Positions 47,853 to 58,591 of a stretch of 64,000 bases of DNA are shown here, piece by piece. The position numbers were made by a program, and so were the translations under genes. Source of the stretch: Verrucomicrobiales bacterium (GTDB lineage: Bacteria; Verrucomicrobiota; Verrucomicrobiia; Verrucomicrobiales; DEV007); NCBI GenBank assembly GCA_021648365.1, contig JAKISY010000009.1, positions 6,975 to 70,974 on the forward strand. Direction: 5' to 3'. The notes below the pieces were generated by a model. The model did not search any database. It was given only the letters and a program-made list of their open reading frames with translations, and was not told the origin of the DNA. Within the stretch, counting starts at the first letter, position 1; every line of letters starts with the position of its first letter.

Positions 47853-49118
47853 ATGAAAACGAACAACCCCCTCAAAACCGTAGCACTATACGCCTTCTGC
47901 CTCATTGGCAGCCTACCCTTCACTGCCACTGCCGAAGATTGGCCAGAATTTCGCGGCCCTGGCGGGCAAGGTCACTCGCAAGCCAAGCAGGTGCCGATCA
48001 AATGGTCCACCGATAAAAACGTCGCTTGGAAAAGCAACATCCCCGGCACCGCTTGGTCCTCTCCGATATTGATCGGTGACAAGCTCTACCTCACCACCGC
48101 TATTCCCGAAGGCAAAAAAAACTACACCCTGCATGCTCTCGCAGTGAATGCACAGGACGGAAAAATCCTCTGGGACGTTGAAGTCATTGGTAAACAAAAA
48201 GGCAAACCGGCTCGCATGCACAAAAAGAACAGCCATGCCTCCCCCACCCCTATTTTTGAAGACGGCAAAGTCTATGTGCATTTCGGTCATGACGGCACCG
48301 CTTGCCTGAACGCAGCGGATGGCAAAACCCTCTGGAAAGTAGATATCAAATACAATCCCGTGCATGGCAACGGCGGCTCCCCCGTACTCGTCGATGACCT
48401 CCTCATCTTCAGTTGCGATGGCAAGGATAATCCCTTCATCATTGCACTTGATAAAAATACTGGTAAAACCGTATGGAAAACTCCTCGCGCCGTGGAGGTG
48501 TCTCGTCACTTCTCTTTCACCACCCCGCTGCTGATCGAAGTGAACGGTCAGCGCCAACTGATCAGCCCCGCCAGCGGTGCCGTCATCGCTTACGACCCCA
48601 GCAATGGAAAAGAAATTTGGAGATGCGGTTATGGCGAAGGTTATTCTGTTGTCGCCCGCCCCCTGTATGCCAACGGCTTGATCTATGTCAGCACTGGCTT
48701 CAACAAAGCCAAGCTAATGGCGATCCGCGCGGAGGGAAAAGGCGACGTTACCAAAACCCACATCGCTTGGGAATATGAGAAAGCCGTGCCCAAGGAGTCC
48801 TCTCCCATCATCGTCGATGACTACCTCTACATGAACGACGACAAAGGCCTCGCCACCTGCCTCGATGCCAAAACAGGCAAGCTGATCTGGGAAGGACGAC
48901 TCACTAAAAAGAACTACTCCGCTGCACCCATCTATGCTGGCGGGCTGATCTATTTCCACGATGGCGAAGGCATGACCACCGTGATCAAACCTGGCAAAAA
49001 ACTCGACATCGTCGCTCGCAATGACATCGGTGAGCACGGCCTATCCTCCTTCGCGGTCACCGATGGTGCCTTGTTCATCCGCACCGATTCTGCTCTGTTT
49101 CGAATCGGCAAACCCTGA
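47853..49118 (+). CDS. PQQ-like beta-propeller repeat protein (secreted)
   Basis: Signal peptide, DWPEFRGPGGQG, and repeated ...G..LW... blades (GKILWDV, GKTLWKV, GKTVWKT, GKEIWRC, GKLIWEG). Confidence 0.8.
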   Translation: MKTNNPLKTVALYAFCLIGSLPFTATAEDWPEFRGPGGQGHSQAKQVPIKWSTDKNVAWKSNIPGTAWSSPILIGDKLYLTTAIPEGKKNYTLHALAVNAQDGKILWDVEVIGKQKGKPARMHKKNSHASPTPIFEDGKVYVHFGHDGTACLNAADGKTLWKVDIKYNPVHGNGGSPVLVDDLLIFSCDGKDNPFIIALDKNTGKTVWKTPRAVEVSRHFSFTTPLLIEVNGQRQLISPASGAVIAYDPSNGKEIWRCGYGEGYSVVARPLYANGLIYVSTGFNKAKLMAIRAEGKGDVTKTHIAWEYEKAVPKESSPIIVDDYLYMNDDKGLATCLDAKTGKLIWEGRLTKKNYSAAPIYAGGLIYFHDGEGMTTVIKPGKKLDIVARNDIGEHGLSSFAVTDGALFIRTDSALFRIGKP

Positions 49119-49126
49119 GTTCTACT

Positions 49127-49903
49127 TTGAACGTTACTCAATTCAATCGCAACGCCTGGAACTTCCAATCGATGGAGGGCTGTCGCTGGAGCACGCCTGT
49201 TGAACCCGACGTGATCGAACAAGCACTCAAAGGAAACTGGCAAGTCTTGCTCACACCTAACAAAACCGTGCCATCACCCTGGCTCGGGGAGGTGAAAAAC
49301 TTCGACCTGCTCTGCCTCGCCAGTGGTGGTGGACAACAAGCCCCTCTATTTGCCGCCGCTGGAGCCAAAGTGACCTCCTTCGACAACTCTGATGTTCAAT
49401 TAGAAAAAGACCAGCTGGTAGCCGATCGCCATCAGCTAGAGATCACCACCATGCAAGGCGACATGGCAGACCTCTCAGCCTTTGACGACGCCTGCTTTGA
49501 TTTGATTTTCCATCCCGTCTCCAACGTCTTCGCTCCAGACATCCATCCCATCTGGAGAGAATGTTTCCGCGTGCTCAAACCTGGAGGGTCGCTGCTCAGC
49601 GGATTCATGAACCCAGCATTTTTCCTCTTTGACCACGTGCACGGTGAAGAAACCGGCGAACTGATCGTCAAATACCCACTACCCTATTCTGACCTAGACT
49701 CACTGACAGAGGATCAACTCGATGACCAAATCGAAGCCACTCTCAGCCTTGAATACAGCCACAGCCTGCAAGATCAAATAGGCGGGCAAACCCAAGCAGG
49801 CTTCATGATCGCCGACCTTTACGAAGACAGCTGGGATGATCAATCTACCGCCCTCAACCCCTACATGCCCACCTTCCTAGCAACACGAGCGATCAAAAAT
49901 TAG
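49127..49903 (+). CDS. class I SAM-dependent methyltransferase
   Basis: Motif I LCLASGGGQQAPLFAAAGAKVTSFD, then LKPGGSLL. TTG start (alternative ATG at 49172). Confidence 0.7.
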   Translation: MNVTQFNRNAWNFQSMEGCRWSTPVEPDVIEQALKGNWQVLLTPNKTVPSPWLGEVKNFDLLCLASGGGQQAPLFAAAGAKVTSFDNSDVQLEKDQLVADRHQLEITTMQGDMADLSAFDDACFDLIFHPVSNVFAPDIHPIWRECFRVLKPGGSLLSGFMNPAFFLFDHVHGEETGELIVKYPLPYSDLDSLTEDQLDDQIEATLSLEYSHSLQDQIGGQTQAGFMIADLYEDSWDDQSTALNPYMPTFLATRAIKN

Positions 49904-49996
49904 CGTGCAAAGGCTGCTATTCCGTCCTACATTCCGCCGGCAATGCTTTGCCCAGCGCAATCACTATCTGCAAAAGCCATATCCTTTTTATCAGCC

Positions 49997-51499
49997 ATGT
50001 CACAAGAAGCCACACCAACTAGCCCAGAAGAAGAAGTCAGCGAACATCAGCTGATCCAATTTCGTCGTCAGAAACTCGACAGGCTGCGCGAACTCGGCGT
50101 AGATCCTTTTGGTGGCAAGTTCGAAACCACTCACCAACCCGCTGCTTTACGCGCTGATTTCACCGAAGATATCGAAGTCAAAGTCGCTGGCCGCATCGTC
50201 GCCCACCGCGACATGGGCAAGAGCCAGTTTTTTGACATCGCTGACATCCACGGACGACTGCAGTGTTTCCTCAATCCCAAATCCATCGGCGACGAAGCTT
50301 TTGAGATCTTTCAACAACTCGACATCGGCGATTGGATCGGTATCGAAGGCACCACCTTCACCACTCGCATGGGCGAACCCACCGTGAAAGCTTCCGCCAT
50401 CACCGTTTTGGCAAAATCGCTACGCCCACTGCCCGACAAATGGCATGGTGTGGTCGATCCTCAGATCAAATACCGCCAACGCTACCTCGACCTCATCGCC
50501 AATGAGCGCGCACGCGACGCTTTCCTCAAACGCAGTGCCATGGTGGCAGAGATCCGTAGCTTCCTCGCTCAACGAGATTTCATCGAAGTCGAAACCCCTA
50601 TGCTGCAAGACGTACCCGGCGGAGCTGCTGCCGAACCTTTCAAAACCCATCACAACGCGCTCAGCATGGACCTCTACATGCGCATCGCTCCCGAGCTCTA
50701 CCTCAAACGCCTCTTGGTCGGCGGTTTCACTAAAGTCTTCGAACTGAACCGCAACTTTCGCAACGAAGGCATCAGCCGTCGCCATAATCCTGAGTTCACC
50801 ATGCTCGAAGCTTACTGGGCTTTTGCCGACTTCGAACAAATGGCAGATCTGGTTGAAGACATGGTTTGCCACCTCGCAGAAAAATTCTGTGGAGGGTTGC
50901 AAATCGAACACAAAAACGCCAACGACGAACCGATCCGCACTATCGACCTCAGCCGTCCTTGGAAACGCGAAACCTTTCACAACCTAGTCAAAGAAGCCGC
51001 CGGAGACGATTGGTTCGACATCACCAGCGAACAACGCCGCGAGCGTTGCGCCAATCAACTCGGCGTCGAGCTCTCTGCACAAATGGAAGACTACGAAGTC
51101 AGCCAGCAAGTGTTCGAAAAACTGGTCGAAGAAAAAACCTTCGACCCCTGTTACGTCACCCACGTGCCGCGTGAACTCGTGCCTCTCGCCAAACAAAACA
51201 CCACCGATGACTCCGTCGTCGATGTCTATGAGCTGATCATCAACGGTCAAGAGATCTCACCAGGATACTCCGAACTCAATGACCCAGACGCTCAACGAGC
51301 ACGACTCGAAGATCAAGCAGGTGAAGAGACTCAGAAAATCGACGAAGAATTTCTGCTCGCCCTCGAACACGGTATGCCTCCCGCAGGCGGCATCGGCATC
51401 GGCATCGACCGCCTGATCATGATGCTCACCGGCGCCGAGTCCATCCGCGACATCGTGCTCTTCCCGCAATTGCGTAAAAGTGCAGGTGGCGAAGGTTGA
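49997..51499 (+). CDS. lysS: lysine--tRNA ligase (class II)
   Basis: Start at MSQEATPTS. Motifs GRIVAHRDMGKSQFFDI, FIEVETPML, RIAPELYLKRL, NFRNEG, HNPEFTMLE and GIGIGIDRLIM. Confidence 0.95.
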   Translation: MSQEATPTSPEEEVSEHQLIQFRRQKLDRLRELGVDPFGGKFETTHQPAALRADFTEDIEVKVAGRIVAHRDMGKSQFFDIADIHGRLQCFLNPKSIGDEAFEIFQQLDIGDWIGIEGTTFTTRMGEPTVKASAITVLAKSLRPLPDKWHGVVDPQIKYRQRYLDLIANERARDAFLKRSAMVAEIRSFLAQRDFIEVETPMLQDVPGGAAAEPFKTHHNALSMDLYMRIAPELYLKRLLVGGFTKVFELNRNFRNEGISRRHNPEFTMLEAYWAFADFEQMADLVEDMVCHLAEKFCGGLQIEHKNANDEPIRTIDLSRPWKRETFHNLVKEAAGDDWFDITSEQRRERCANQLGVELSAQMEDYEVSQQVFEKLVEEKTFDPCYVTHVPRELVPLAKQNTTDDSVVDVYELIINGQEISPGYSELNDPDAQRARLEDQAGEETQKIDEEFLLALEHGMPPAGGIGIGIDRLIMMLTGAESIRDIVLFPQLRKSAGGEG

Positions 51500-51665
51500 T
51501 GAATGCAAGGAGTTTGTAGCGATTTAGGTGTTACGCACCCCTAGGACCTGCGGAAGGGAATTAGTTCCAGAAGGTGAAAACCGAAGACAGGGAGGAGATT
51601 TAGGGAGCTTTTATAGCTGGAAGATGTTTGGAGTCCCTGGAGTATTTTTGGTGGTTCCTGTGAGG

Positions 51666-51851
51666 TTATAGCATATTATCATAAGTCGTGAAAGTATATA
51701 GCTTGAATACGGCGACATCTTCGTTGCCTGCATACCAGATAATCTTATTTCCACCACCCTCTCTCCAATAAGTTTCGTCAGCATGCACGAAGTCCGCGCT
51801 ACGCATTTTTGAAATTAAATCCTCGCCATCATTGAAGCGATATAGGTTCAA
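51666..51851 (-). mobile_element. IS66-family transposase remnant (about 60 codons)
   Basis: FVHADETYWREGGGNKIIWYAGNEDVAVFKL matches the IS66 DDE-region pattern HADET.WR..G...W.W. There are no flanking transposase sequences, so this is a dead fragment. Confidence 0.5.
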
Positions 51852-51852
51852 G

Positions 51853-54297
51853 CTAGAATTTTGATGTCGATTTCAGCTTTTCAATCATCAAAGCTACTTT
51901 GTTGCGATAATTCGCTAGGTTTGCAGGGTTGCTAGAATATTGATTCACCTTCAAAGCAACATTAGCAGGAACATGCGTCAAGTTTTGAGCCTGTTCATTA
52001 TTAGATGCGAGCGCAAGTTTTTTAAGCATAACGAGGTATTCGTAGTCTTCAATGCCGTCACGCAGGTTCTCCAATCTTAATGAAGGCAAAATACGACCAT
52101 TTTTTCCAGGGTAAACATAGTTTCCCATGCCGTTTTTATACACACGCTTATTACTGTAAGGATTAGTAATATAGGGTTTCCATGGCTTGTCAGGCCATTC
52201 GTTTTGGATGTCCAGATTGGTTGTCCATTCACGATTGATAGACCAATAAAGCACCCCGTCTATATTGTATAGATATGAGAGAGTAAAGATTATACGATTA
52301 TTAAAGACAGGATAGTCCAAGAAAAAATTAGGGAATGGAGAAACGGGGTCATCAGCACAATACCACCAGAATTTGTTGCCTGTATTTTTAAAACTTTTAA
52401 TTTCGTCGGTATGATTGGCAAAATAACTGAAGAGTGGTGCCCAGGTATTAAATTGGTTGATTGATTTTGTATGTGGCGATGAGGTCTGTAGGGTTTTCAA
52501 TTCTGGCAGCGCTTGGTTTAAAGCCGTCATGATTTGTTTGGCCGCTGCCTGTTCACTCGCAGTTTGTGATGTTATTTCATCAAACGCGTAAAGGTAGGAG
52601 TCTTCCCCAAACCCGCTCTTTTTCAGTAGATCGAAACGGGTTCTATATTTTGCAATAATTTGTTGCAGGGTTTTATCATCAACTGGGTGTTTATACCGGA
52701 GATAACCCAGTGTGAAAAAATTGGCACCTTTCTTTTTCAGCTCAGGCAAGAATTTCAGTTCAGGGTAAATTTCACGTGAGTATATATTATTGGGAGTTAT
52801 GCGGTATTTAAGCAGGAAATCATAGATGTAAAGTTTGTCTTTATCGGTTAATTTAGGCATATTGTACCACTTGCGATAAATTTCCTCAGTGAAAGTAAAA
52901 GCTACTTTACATGAGCTGGTTACCGGCAAGGTGAAATCATAGACCTGTAATTTAAGATCAATGACCTGCTCCCCTACTTTTATCTCACCCCTATAGTAAC
53001 CCGCCACCACATCAGCAGCTATTTTTACTCGCACATAGACAGGGGTAAAGCCATTTTTAGGTATGCTTACCATTGATTGCTGCCCCTCCATGATTGCATC
53101 AGGATAATCACCTACATACTTCACGTCGTATTTCGGTTTATCGCTTTTGATCGAGCGGATAACCCCCCATTCTACATGCTTTGCCAGAATGATATCTCCT
53201 GTAGTTGAAATTAAGTCAGGAATGGTTATGGAAATTTTTTCCAATTTCTGATCAGGATTACCAAGTAATATTATTTGGAACCCTTCGTATTCATTGCGAG
53301 CAGAAGAAATGGAGGCTTGATGGGTTAGTGAGAACTTTCCTGAAGTATAATCATCCACTTGTAGTACCCGAGAAGTGGTCGGCAAAGTGGTAATTATCAT
53401 TTTTTTACCGTTAACATTGCGTTTGTAAAATTCATGGTATTTGACCATATCGGCTAATCGTTTAAGTTCACCCAAAGGTAATTCGGCCGATTTATCAGGG
53501 CTTAAAGATGATTTCTTAATGCTCTTCAGGTATAGCTGGCGCTGCTGCAGCTTTTGAGCATTTAATGTGGCAGTATCAAGCTTTACTAGGCGCTTAAACT
53601 CTGTGATTTCCTCTAATGTAGGTGGATTCACTCCACTTGAGATGCTTAGTCTATCAATGAGCCCAGCAAATGAATGACCTGATGTGTTATCTAGGTTCAG
53701 GGCGCCACTGCCGATGTATGCTGGATAGTTATTGGTGGTCAACTCCGCGGGTTCATACACTTCCCTAAAACACACTTGTCCATTCAAATAGCCGATGATT
53801 TCACCTTTGTTATCCATGGTGACCACCAAATAGCACCATTGATCTGCCAGACTCAATGGCTTTGGACTTGTGGCAATAAACCATTTCCCCATTTGATCTT
53901 TGAACTTAAACTCTGGTTTCCCATCGTTTAAGCTGAGCCAATAGTTTATTTGTTGAGGACTAACGGCTCGATTCCCTTTCCAGAGTAATGTTCGATATGT
54001 ATTGATGCGTGATGGCTTAAATACGCAACTGATGGTAAAGTTATTGGTTAAACTGATGGTGGCAGAATTTTCGACTTGAAATTTATGCTTGTTACCTTCA
54101 AAAACAAATGCGTGGTTATATAGTCCTGCTACAAGTGTCTGCTCGTTCGTTGCTACGTCGTTAAGTTTGGCGGAATAATTTTGCGTGGTGTCTGTGATGC
54201 CGGTTTCGGTCAGTTGATCAAACTCCCAGATCACTTCACCCCCATATATGGGAGTGTAGGCAATTACAGAGAGGATGATGGTAAATATTTTTCTCAT
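51853..54297 (-). CDS. LamG/concanavalin-like domain + DUF4091 (GH123-like) glycan-active protein
   Basis: 814 aa with a signal peptide. The N-terminal LamG pattern is FTISCVFKP...LLWKGN...WCYLVVT...GYLNGQ. The C-terminal DUF4091-like region is FWWYCADDP...GVLYWSINREW...RLENLRDGIEDYEYL. Strongly AT-rich compared with flanking genes. Confidence 0.7.
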   Translation of the reverse strand: MRKIFTIILSVIAYTPIYGGEVIWEFDQLTETGITDTTQNYSAKLNDVATNEQTLVAGLYNHAFVFEGNKHKFQVENSATISLTNNFTISCVFKPSRINTYRTLLWKGNRAVSPQQINYWLSLNDGKPEFKFKDQMGKWFIATSPKPLSLADQWCYLVVTMDNKGEIIGYLNGQVCFREVYEPAELTTNNYPAYIGSGALNLDNTSGHSFAGLIDRLSISSGVNPPTLEEITEFKRLVKLDTATLNAQKLQQRQLYLKSIKKSSLSPDKSAELPLGELKRLADMVKYHEFYKRNVNGKKMIITTLPTTSRVLQVDDYTSGKFSLTHQASISSARNEYEGFQIILLGNPDQKLEKISITIPDLISTTGDIILAKHVEWGVIRSIKSDKPKYDVKYVGDYPDAIMEGQQSMVSIPKNGFTPVYVRVKIAADVVAGYYRGEIKVGEQVIDLKLQVYDFTLPVTSSCKVAFTFTEEIYRKWYNMPKLTDKDKLYIYDFLLKYRITPNNIYSREIYPELKFLPELKKKGANFFTLGYLRYKHPVDDKTLQQIIAKYRTRFDLLKKSGFGEDSYLYAFDEITSQTASEQAAAKQIMTALNQALPELKTLQTSSPHTKSINQFNTWAPLFSYFANHTDEIKSFKNTGNKFWWYCADDPVSPFPNFFLDYPVFNNRIIFTLSYLYNIDGVLYWSINREWTTNLDIQNEWPDKPWKPYITNPYSNKRVYKNGMGNYVYPGKNGRILPSLRLENLRDGIEDYEYLVMLKKLALASNNEQAQNLTHVPANVALKVNQYSSNPANLANYRNKVALMIEKLKSTSKF

Positions 54298-54554
54298 ATT
54301 ATTTTTTATGAATTATTCGAGTGGTCGAAAAGTAGGACGTATGAAGAATACTGAAGGAAAGCCTATTCAGCCTCCAGATTTTTCTTAGGATCCGCGCAAA
54401 GATAACTTACCCAACTCCGCTTCGATTTTCGCCTGGCTTCTGCGTTGAAATTCGACTCATTTAGCCCGCTAAACTCTGTCAAATTCCGTCTTGAATCCAT
54501 TTAAAACTCTCACCGCATATTCCACCAAACGGTCCTGAAAATCATAATTCTTCT

Positions 54555-55979
54555 TCACTTCTTACTTCTTCCTTCCTTACTCGATGTTCGATATTTCCGC
54601 AGATCCTGAGTCAATTTTTCCACCGTCTCAAGCTGCGACGCTTGTTCAGAAATATTTATATTCTCATCAGGGTCTAGCTGGTGGTCATACAGCATACGGG
54701 AAACAAACTTGCCATCCTTGCCTGTGTATTCGCTAAAACGAAATCGATCCGTGCGAATTGTATCTCCATTGATATATCGCCCAATCGCAGACGACTTCCA
54801 CGGTAGCTCGGGGTTTTTCAACAAGGGCACAAAACTCTTACCCTGCAAATGCTCAGGCAAAGGCAAACCCGCCAATTCGCTCAGCGATGGATAGATATCG
54901 ATAAACTCAGTCAGCGCCCGAGTGCGCTGACCAGGTTTCCCCACTCCCGGAGCACGCACGATCAGTGGCGCGTGCATCGAGGTTTCAAAACAACTGTGTT
55001 TGCACCACATCGTATGCTCTGCCAAATTCCAACCGTGGTCGCCCCAGAGAATCACAATGGTATCCTCTGCAAGTCCCAACTTCTCTAGCTCGTCTAGAAC
55101 CTTACCCACCTGAGCATCAGTGAAGCTCACACAGGCATAATACCCGTGAATCAAATTGCGCGCCATTTCATCTGAAACTGGTCCCTTTGCAGGAACTCCT
55201 GCATAGGCTCTCAACTCACCATAAGCGTGCACCGTGCCTTTGGGAACATCCTTCGGGGGATAATAATTTTTCGGCAAATGAATGTCGTCATGATCATAAA
55301 GATCCCAATATTTTTTCGGGGCGACAAAAGGCAAGTGAGGCTTGAGAAAACCAACAGCTAGAAAAAAAGGCTCTTCCTTGTTTTTCAATCGTCGCAAATC
55401 CGCTATGGTTTTTTCCGCGATTTGTCCATCAGGGTAATCCAAGTCTGGAGCATCCGCTGATTCATAAGGAGACCCCCGCCGTCGCCGACCTTTCATTTTA
55501 CCCCGTTCTTTGTGAATCTTCTGATTCGCCTCAAGCCGATAACCGAGCCCATTCCCTTTTGGCCTCCACACCTCCTCCGACCAACCCCGCGCATTGTCTT
55601 CGCGGTGATGGAAAATCTTGCCATTCGAGACCGTGTGATAACCATTGTTTTTGAAATGGGTGTTCAAAGTCATCACTTCTGGAACCTCTTTTTCCGCAGA
55701 AGCCAAGTAGGAAACAAAGCGCCCACGCGTCGGACGAACCCCCGTCATCAAACTGGCACGCGACGCACCACACGTCGGCACCATACAGTAAGCTCGCTCA
55801 AAAAGAAACCCCGTCTGCGCCAGCTTATCGATATTCGGCGAATGGATATGACTCTTTCCATAACAAGCTAGTTCTGGGCGCAAATCGTCCACCGCAATAA
55901 ACAATACATTCGGTTTCGCCAAAACCCAAGCTGTCCCCTGAAACCAAAACAAAGCAACTATCAATAACCATCGAATCAT
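54555..55979 (-). CDS. S1 family sulfatase (iduronate-2-sulfatase-like), CGASR motif
   Basis: Signal peptide present. Motifs NVLFIAVDDLRPE, PTCGASRASLMTG, WGDHGW and KPHLPF. Confidence 0.9.
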   Translation of the reverse strand: MIRWLLIVALFWFQGTAWVLAKPNVLFIAVDDLRPELACYGKSHIHSPNIDKLAQTGFLFERAYCMVPTCGASRASLMTGVRPTRGRFVSYLASAEKEVPEVMTLNTHFKNNGYHTVSNGKIFHHREDNARGWSEEVWRPKGNGLGYRLEANQKIHKERGKMKGRRRRGSPYESADAPDLDYPDGQIAEKTIADLRRLKNKEEPFFLAVGFLKPHLPFVAPKKYWDLYDHDDIHLPKNYYPPKDVPKGTVHAYGELRAYAGVPAKGPVSDEMARNLIHGYYACVSFTDAQVGKVLDELEKLGLAEDTIVILWGDHGWNLAEHTMWCKHSCFETSMHAPLIVRAPGVGKPGQRTRALTEFIDIYPSLSELAGLPLPEHLQGKSFVPLLKNPELPWKSSAIGRYINGDTIRTDRFRFSEYTGKDGKFVSRMLYDHQLDPDENINISEQASQLETVEKLTQDLRKYRTSSKEGRSKK

Positions 55980-56027
55980 AATACCCCCTAACTTCTATCT
56001 TCTATTTCCTGTTTCCTATTTTCATCC

Positions 56028-57590
56028 TCAAAGCTCCTTCACCGACCTTGATCCTCTACCGGGTTTTAAATCACCGGCTTTTGGATTAGGGCGCAAAGGT
56101 TTAGCTTCGACCATCTTCCTCCATTCAATCAACAAGCGATGCATCTTCTCTACCCGCTCAGGATACAACTGAAGCAAGTTATTGTGCTCAGAAATATCAT
56201 CCCGCAAATGATAAAGCTCCAACTCTCCATCCTCCAAATCTTCGATCAACTTGTAATCCCCCACCCTAATCGCACTAGCTGGGAAGCCTCCTTGGTTCCC
56301 GTAATGCGGGTAATGCCAAAACAAGGGATCTCGATCAAATCTGCTCAGCGGGTCTTTCAGTAAACTCACAAAACTCTTACCATCCACATGCTGCTCTTTT
56401 TTCAGTGGCAGTCCCGCCATCTCTAGCATCGTCGGATAAAAATCCATACTGATCAGCGGCACCTCACAGCGAGATTGTGGCGAAGTCACTTTCGGCCAAC
56501 GCACCACCACCGGTTCGCGAATCCCGCCCTCATACATCCAGCCCTTACCACCACGGAGAGGGCGATTCGAAGTCGGCCACCCTTCAGAAGATGCCAAACC
56601 TCCATTGTCAGACATGAAAATCACCACGGTATTATCACGCATACCCAAGGCATCCAATTGGTCCAATACTTTCCCTACCGCAGTATCTAGGCTCTCTACC
56701 ATCGCCGCGTAGGTCGCGTGATCTTGGCGAACGCGGATCTTTCTGGTATCCTCTTTTTGATTCAAAAACACCTGCCGCTCACTACCCCAACGCCCAGTGG
56801 TTTCCGTTAGCCCCATGCGCTCCGCTTTGGATTTATATTTCTCCACCAAAGCCTCCGGAGCCATCAGCGGAGTGTGCACTGAGTAAAAAGACAAATACAA
56901 CAAAAAAGGCTGCTTAGACTCTGCCGAACTTTGCAGGAATTTCACCGCTTCTTTAGCGAGACGGTCGGGTAGAAACTCACCCTCTGAACCTGGCGGTAAA
57001 TGATTGACGTTTTTATACGGCGAAAAATAACTCTTTGGATGCCCGTTGTGACCACCTCCTTTATTGATATCAAAACCTTGATCAGTCGGAGAAAAACCCT
57101 CATCGGGCCCAAGATGCCATTTGCCAGCAAAAAATGTTTTATAACCATGCTCCTGCAATGCCTCCGCCAAAGTCACCTCCTCCTTCGCCATCTGACACTG
57201 ATACGTCGCTGGCAAAAACTTCTCCGTGCGTTTGCCACAAAAAAAGTTGGTGGTATCCGTGCGCGCTGGGTACTTGCCCGTCATGATGCTCGCACGAGTC
57301 GGAGAACAAACCTGACACGCCGCGTAAAAGTCAGTGAACACCATGCCCGACCGTGCCAATCGATCAAGATGCTGAGTTTCATAAAAAGTATTAGGGTTAT
57401 TAAACCCCACATCCATGTAACCTAGATCATCAGCTAGCAGAAAAAGGAAATTAAGTTTTTTCACCTCAGCTGCCTTGAGCGGTAGCTGACCAAGCCCTGA
57501 AAAACAAAACACCAAAGCCAACAGCAATAAACTGCGGCAAAAGCATGGCAACAAAACTCGGGAATTGATGGAAATCATTGAAGACAGCAA
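56028..57590 (-). CDS. S1 family sulfatase (arylsulfatase A-like)
   Basis: Signal peptide present. Motifs NFLFLLADDLGY, canonical CSPTRASIMTG, GKWHLG and SDNGG. Confidence 0.9.
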   Translation of the reverse strand: MLSSMISINSRVLLPCFCRSLLLLALVFCFSGLGQLPLKAAEVKKLNFLFLLADDLGYMDVGFNNPNTFYETQHLDRLARSGMVFTDFYAACQVCSPTRASIMTGKYPARTDTTNFFCGKRTEKFLPATYQCQMAKEEVTLAEALQEHGYKTFFAGKWHLGPDEGFSPTDQGFDINKGGGHNGHPKSYFSPYKNVNHLPPGSEGEFLPDRLAKEAVKFLQSSAESKQPFLLYLSFYSVHTPLMAPEALVEKYKSKAERMGLTETTGRWGSERQVFLNQKEDTRKIRVRQDHATYAAMVESLDTAVGKVLDQLDALGMRDNTVVIFMSDNGGLASSEGWPTSNRPLRGGKGWMYEGGIREPVVVRWPKVTSPQSRCEVPLISMDFYPTMLEMAGLPLKKEQHVDGKSFVSLLKDPLSRFDRDPLFWHYPHYGNQGGFPASAIRVGDYKLIEDLEDGELELYHLRDDISEHNNLLQLYPERVEKMHRLLIEWRKMVEAKPLRPNPKAGDLKPGRGSRSVKEL

Positions 57591-57725
57591 AGCATAGCCT
57601 CAACGTAAACAAAAGGGAACACAAAAGGGTAACGTATTTGCGCCAACGATCACAAGCTACTGACCTTTCGACCTACAACTTCAACTTACCAGAGGGTTCT
57701 GGGTGCGTTTTTTTAATGGAATGAA

Positions 57726-58538
57726 TCACACCAACTCACCAGAATCGTTCGAATAGTTTTCGGCGAAGCGCTCTATCGCTATAGCTTTCCCCGTCTCTTC
57801 ATCCACATCGATCACTGCTCCGCGCAAACCCACAATTCCTTTAGCCACAGGAAAACGACAAGGTAAGGACTTGCGAAAACGACCCACAATCGGATCAATC
57901 TGACGTCCTAAAATCGACTCATTGGGACCACACATGCCCGCATCACACAAAAAAGCCGTGCCACCCGGAAAAATCTGCTCGTCCGCCGTCTGCACATGAG
58001 TATGGGTTCCCACCACGGCAGAAACCATGCCATCCAAGGTGCGCCCCATCGCTATTTTTTCACTCGTCGTCTCCGCGTGCATATCGACAAAAATCACCTT
58101 CACACCATCTTCGTCACGCATCCGTTTAGCTTCGCGCTCAGCCGCCAAAAAGGGATTCTCCAAAGGTGGCTGAATGAAGGTCCTCCCCTGCACATTGATC
58201 ACCCCGACCTTGCCTTTATCGGTATCGAGCAAAACCGACCCCATACCTGGAGTTCCCAAAGGGTAATTGAGCGGACGCAGCAAGCGCGGCTCGGTGTAGA
58301 TGTATTCGATGATTTCCTGTTGATCCCAAATATGATCGCCGCTGGTAATGACCGCCGCACCAGCACGCAACAAGCTAATACTGATCTTAGGCGTGATGCC
58401 GCGACCACCCGCCGCGTTCTCTCCATTGACGATGATAAAATCAATCCCGCGTTCCTTGCGAATTTTTGGCAGTCGAGCCGTCACCGCTTTGCGCCCGGGT
58501 TCTCCCACCACATCTCCTAAAAATAAAATCCTCAGCAT
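57726..58538 (-). CDS. ymdB: YmdB-like metallophosphoesterase (TIGR00282 family 2',3'-cyclic-nucleotide phosphodiesterase)
   Basis: Motifs MLRILFLGDVVGEPGR, NGENAAGGRGITPK, DMHAETTSEK and GTHTHVQTADE. Confidence 0.9.
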   Translation of the reverse strand: MLRILFLGDVVGEPGRKAVTARLPKIRKERGIDFIIVNGENAAGGRGITPKISISLLRAGAAVITSGDHIWDQQEIIEYIYTEPRLLRPLNYPLGTPGMGSVLLDTDKGKVGVINVQGRTFIQPPLENPFLAAEREAKRMRDEDGVKVIFVDMHAETTSEKIAMGRTLDGMVSAVVGTHTHVQTADEQIFPGGTAFLCDAGMCGPNESILGRQIDPIVGRFRKSLPCRFPVAKGIVGLRGAVIDVDEETGKAIAIERFAENYSNDSGELV

Positions 58539-58591
58539 AATTGTTCTTTTCTGTGTTAAAATACCCGTTACTGTTATCGACTGCCTATCTC

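Noticed and set aside
54298-54554. Short broken frames on the minus strand (for example QDRLVEYAVRVLNGFKTEFDRV, then VEFQRRSQAKIEAELGKLSLRGS) as a further mobile-element relic.
   Set aside because: No family motif was recognised and the frames are interrupted by stops. It is mentioned only as context for the AT-rich island.
57678-57708. Weak hairpin CCAGA-GGGT-TCTGG followed by a T7 run on the plus strand.
   Set aside because: Both flanking genes are on the minus strand, so the T-run is on the wrong side to terminate either of them. The 5-bp stem is too weak to call an orphan terminator or sRNA.
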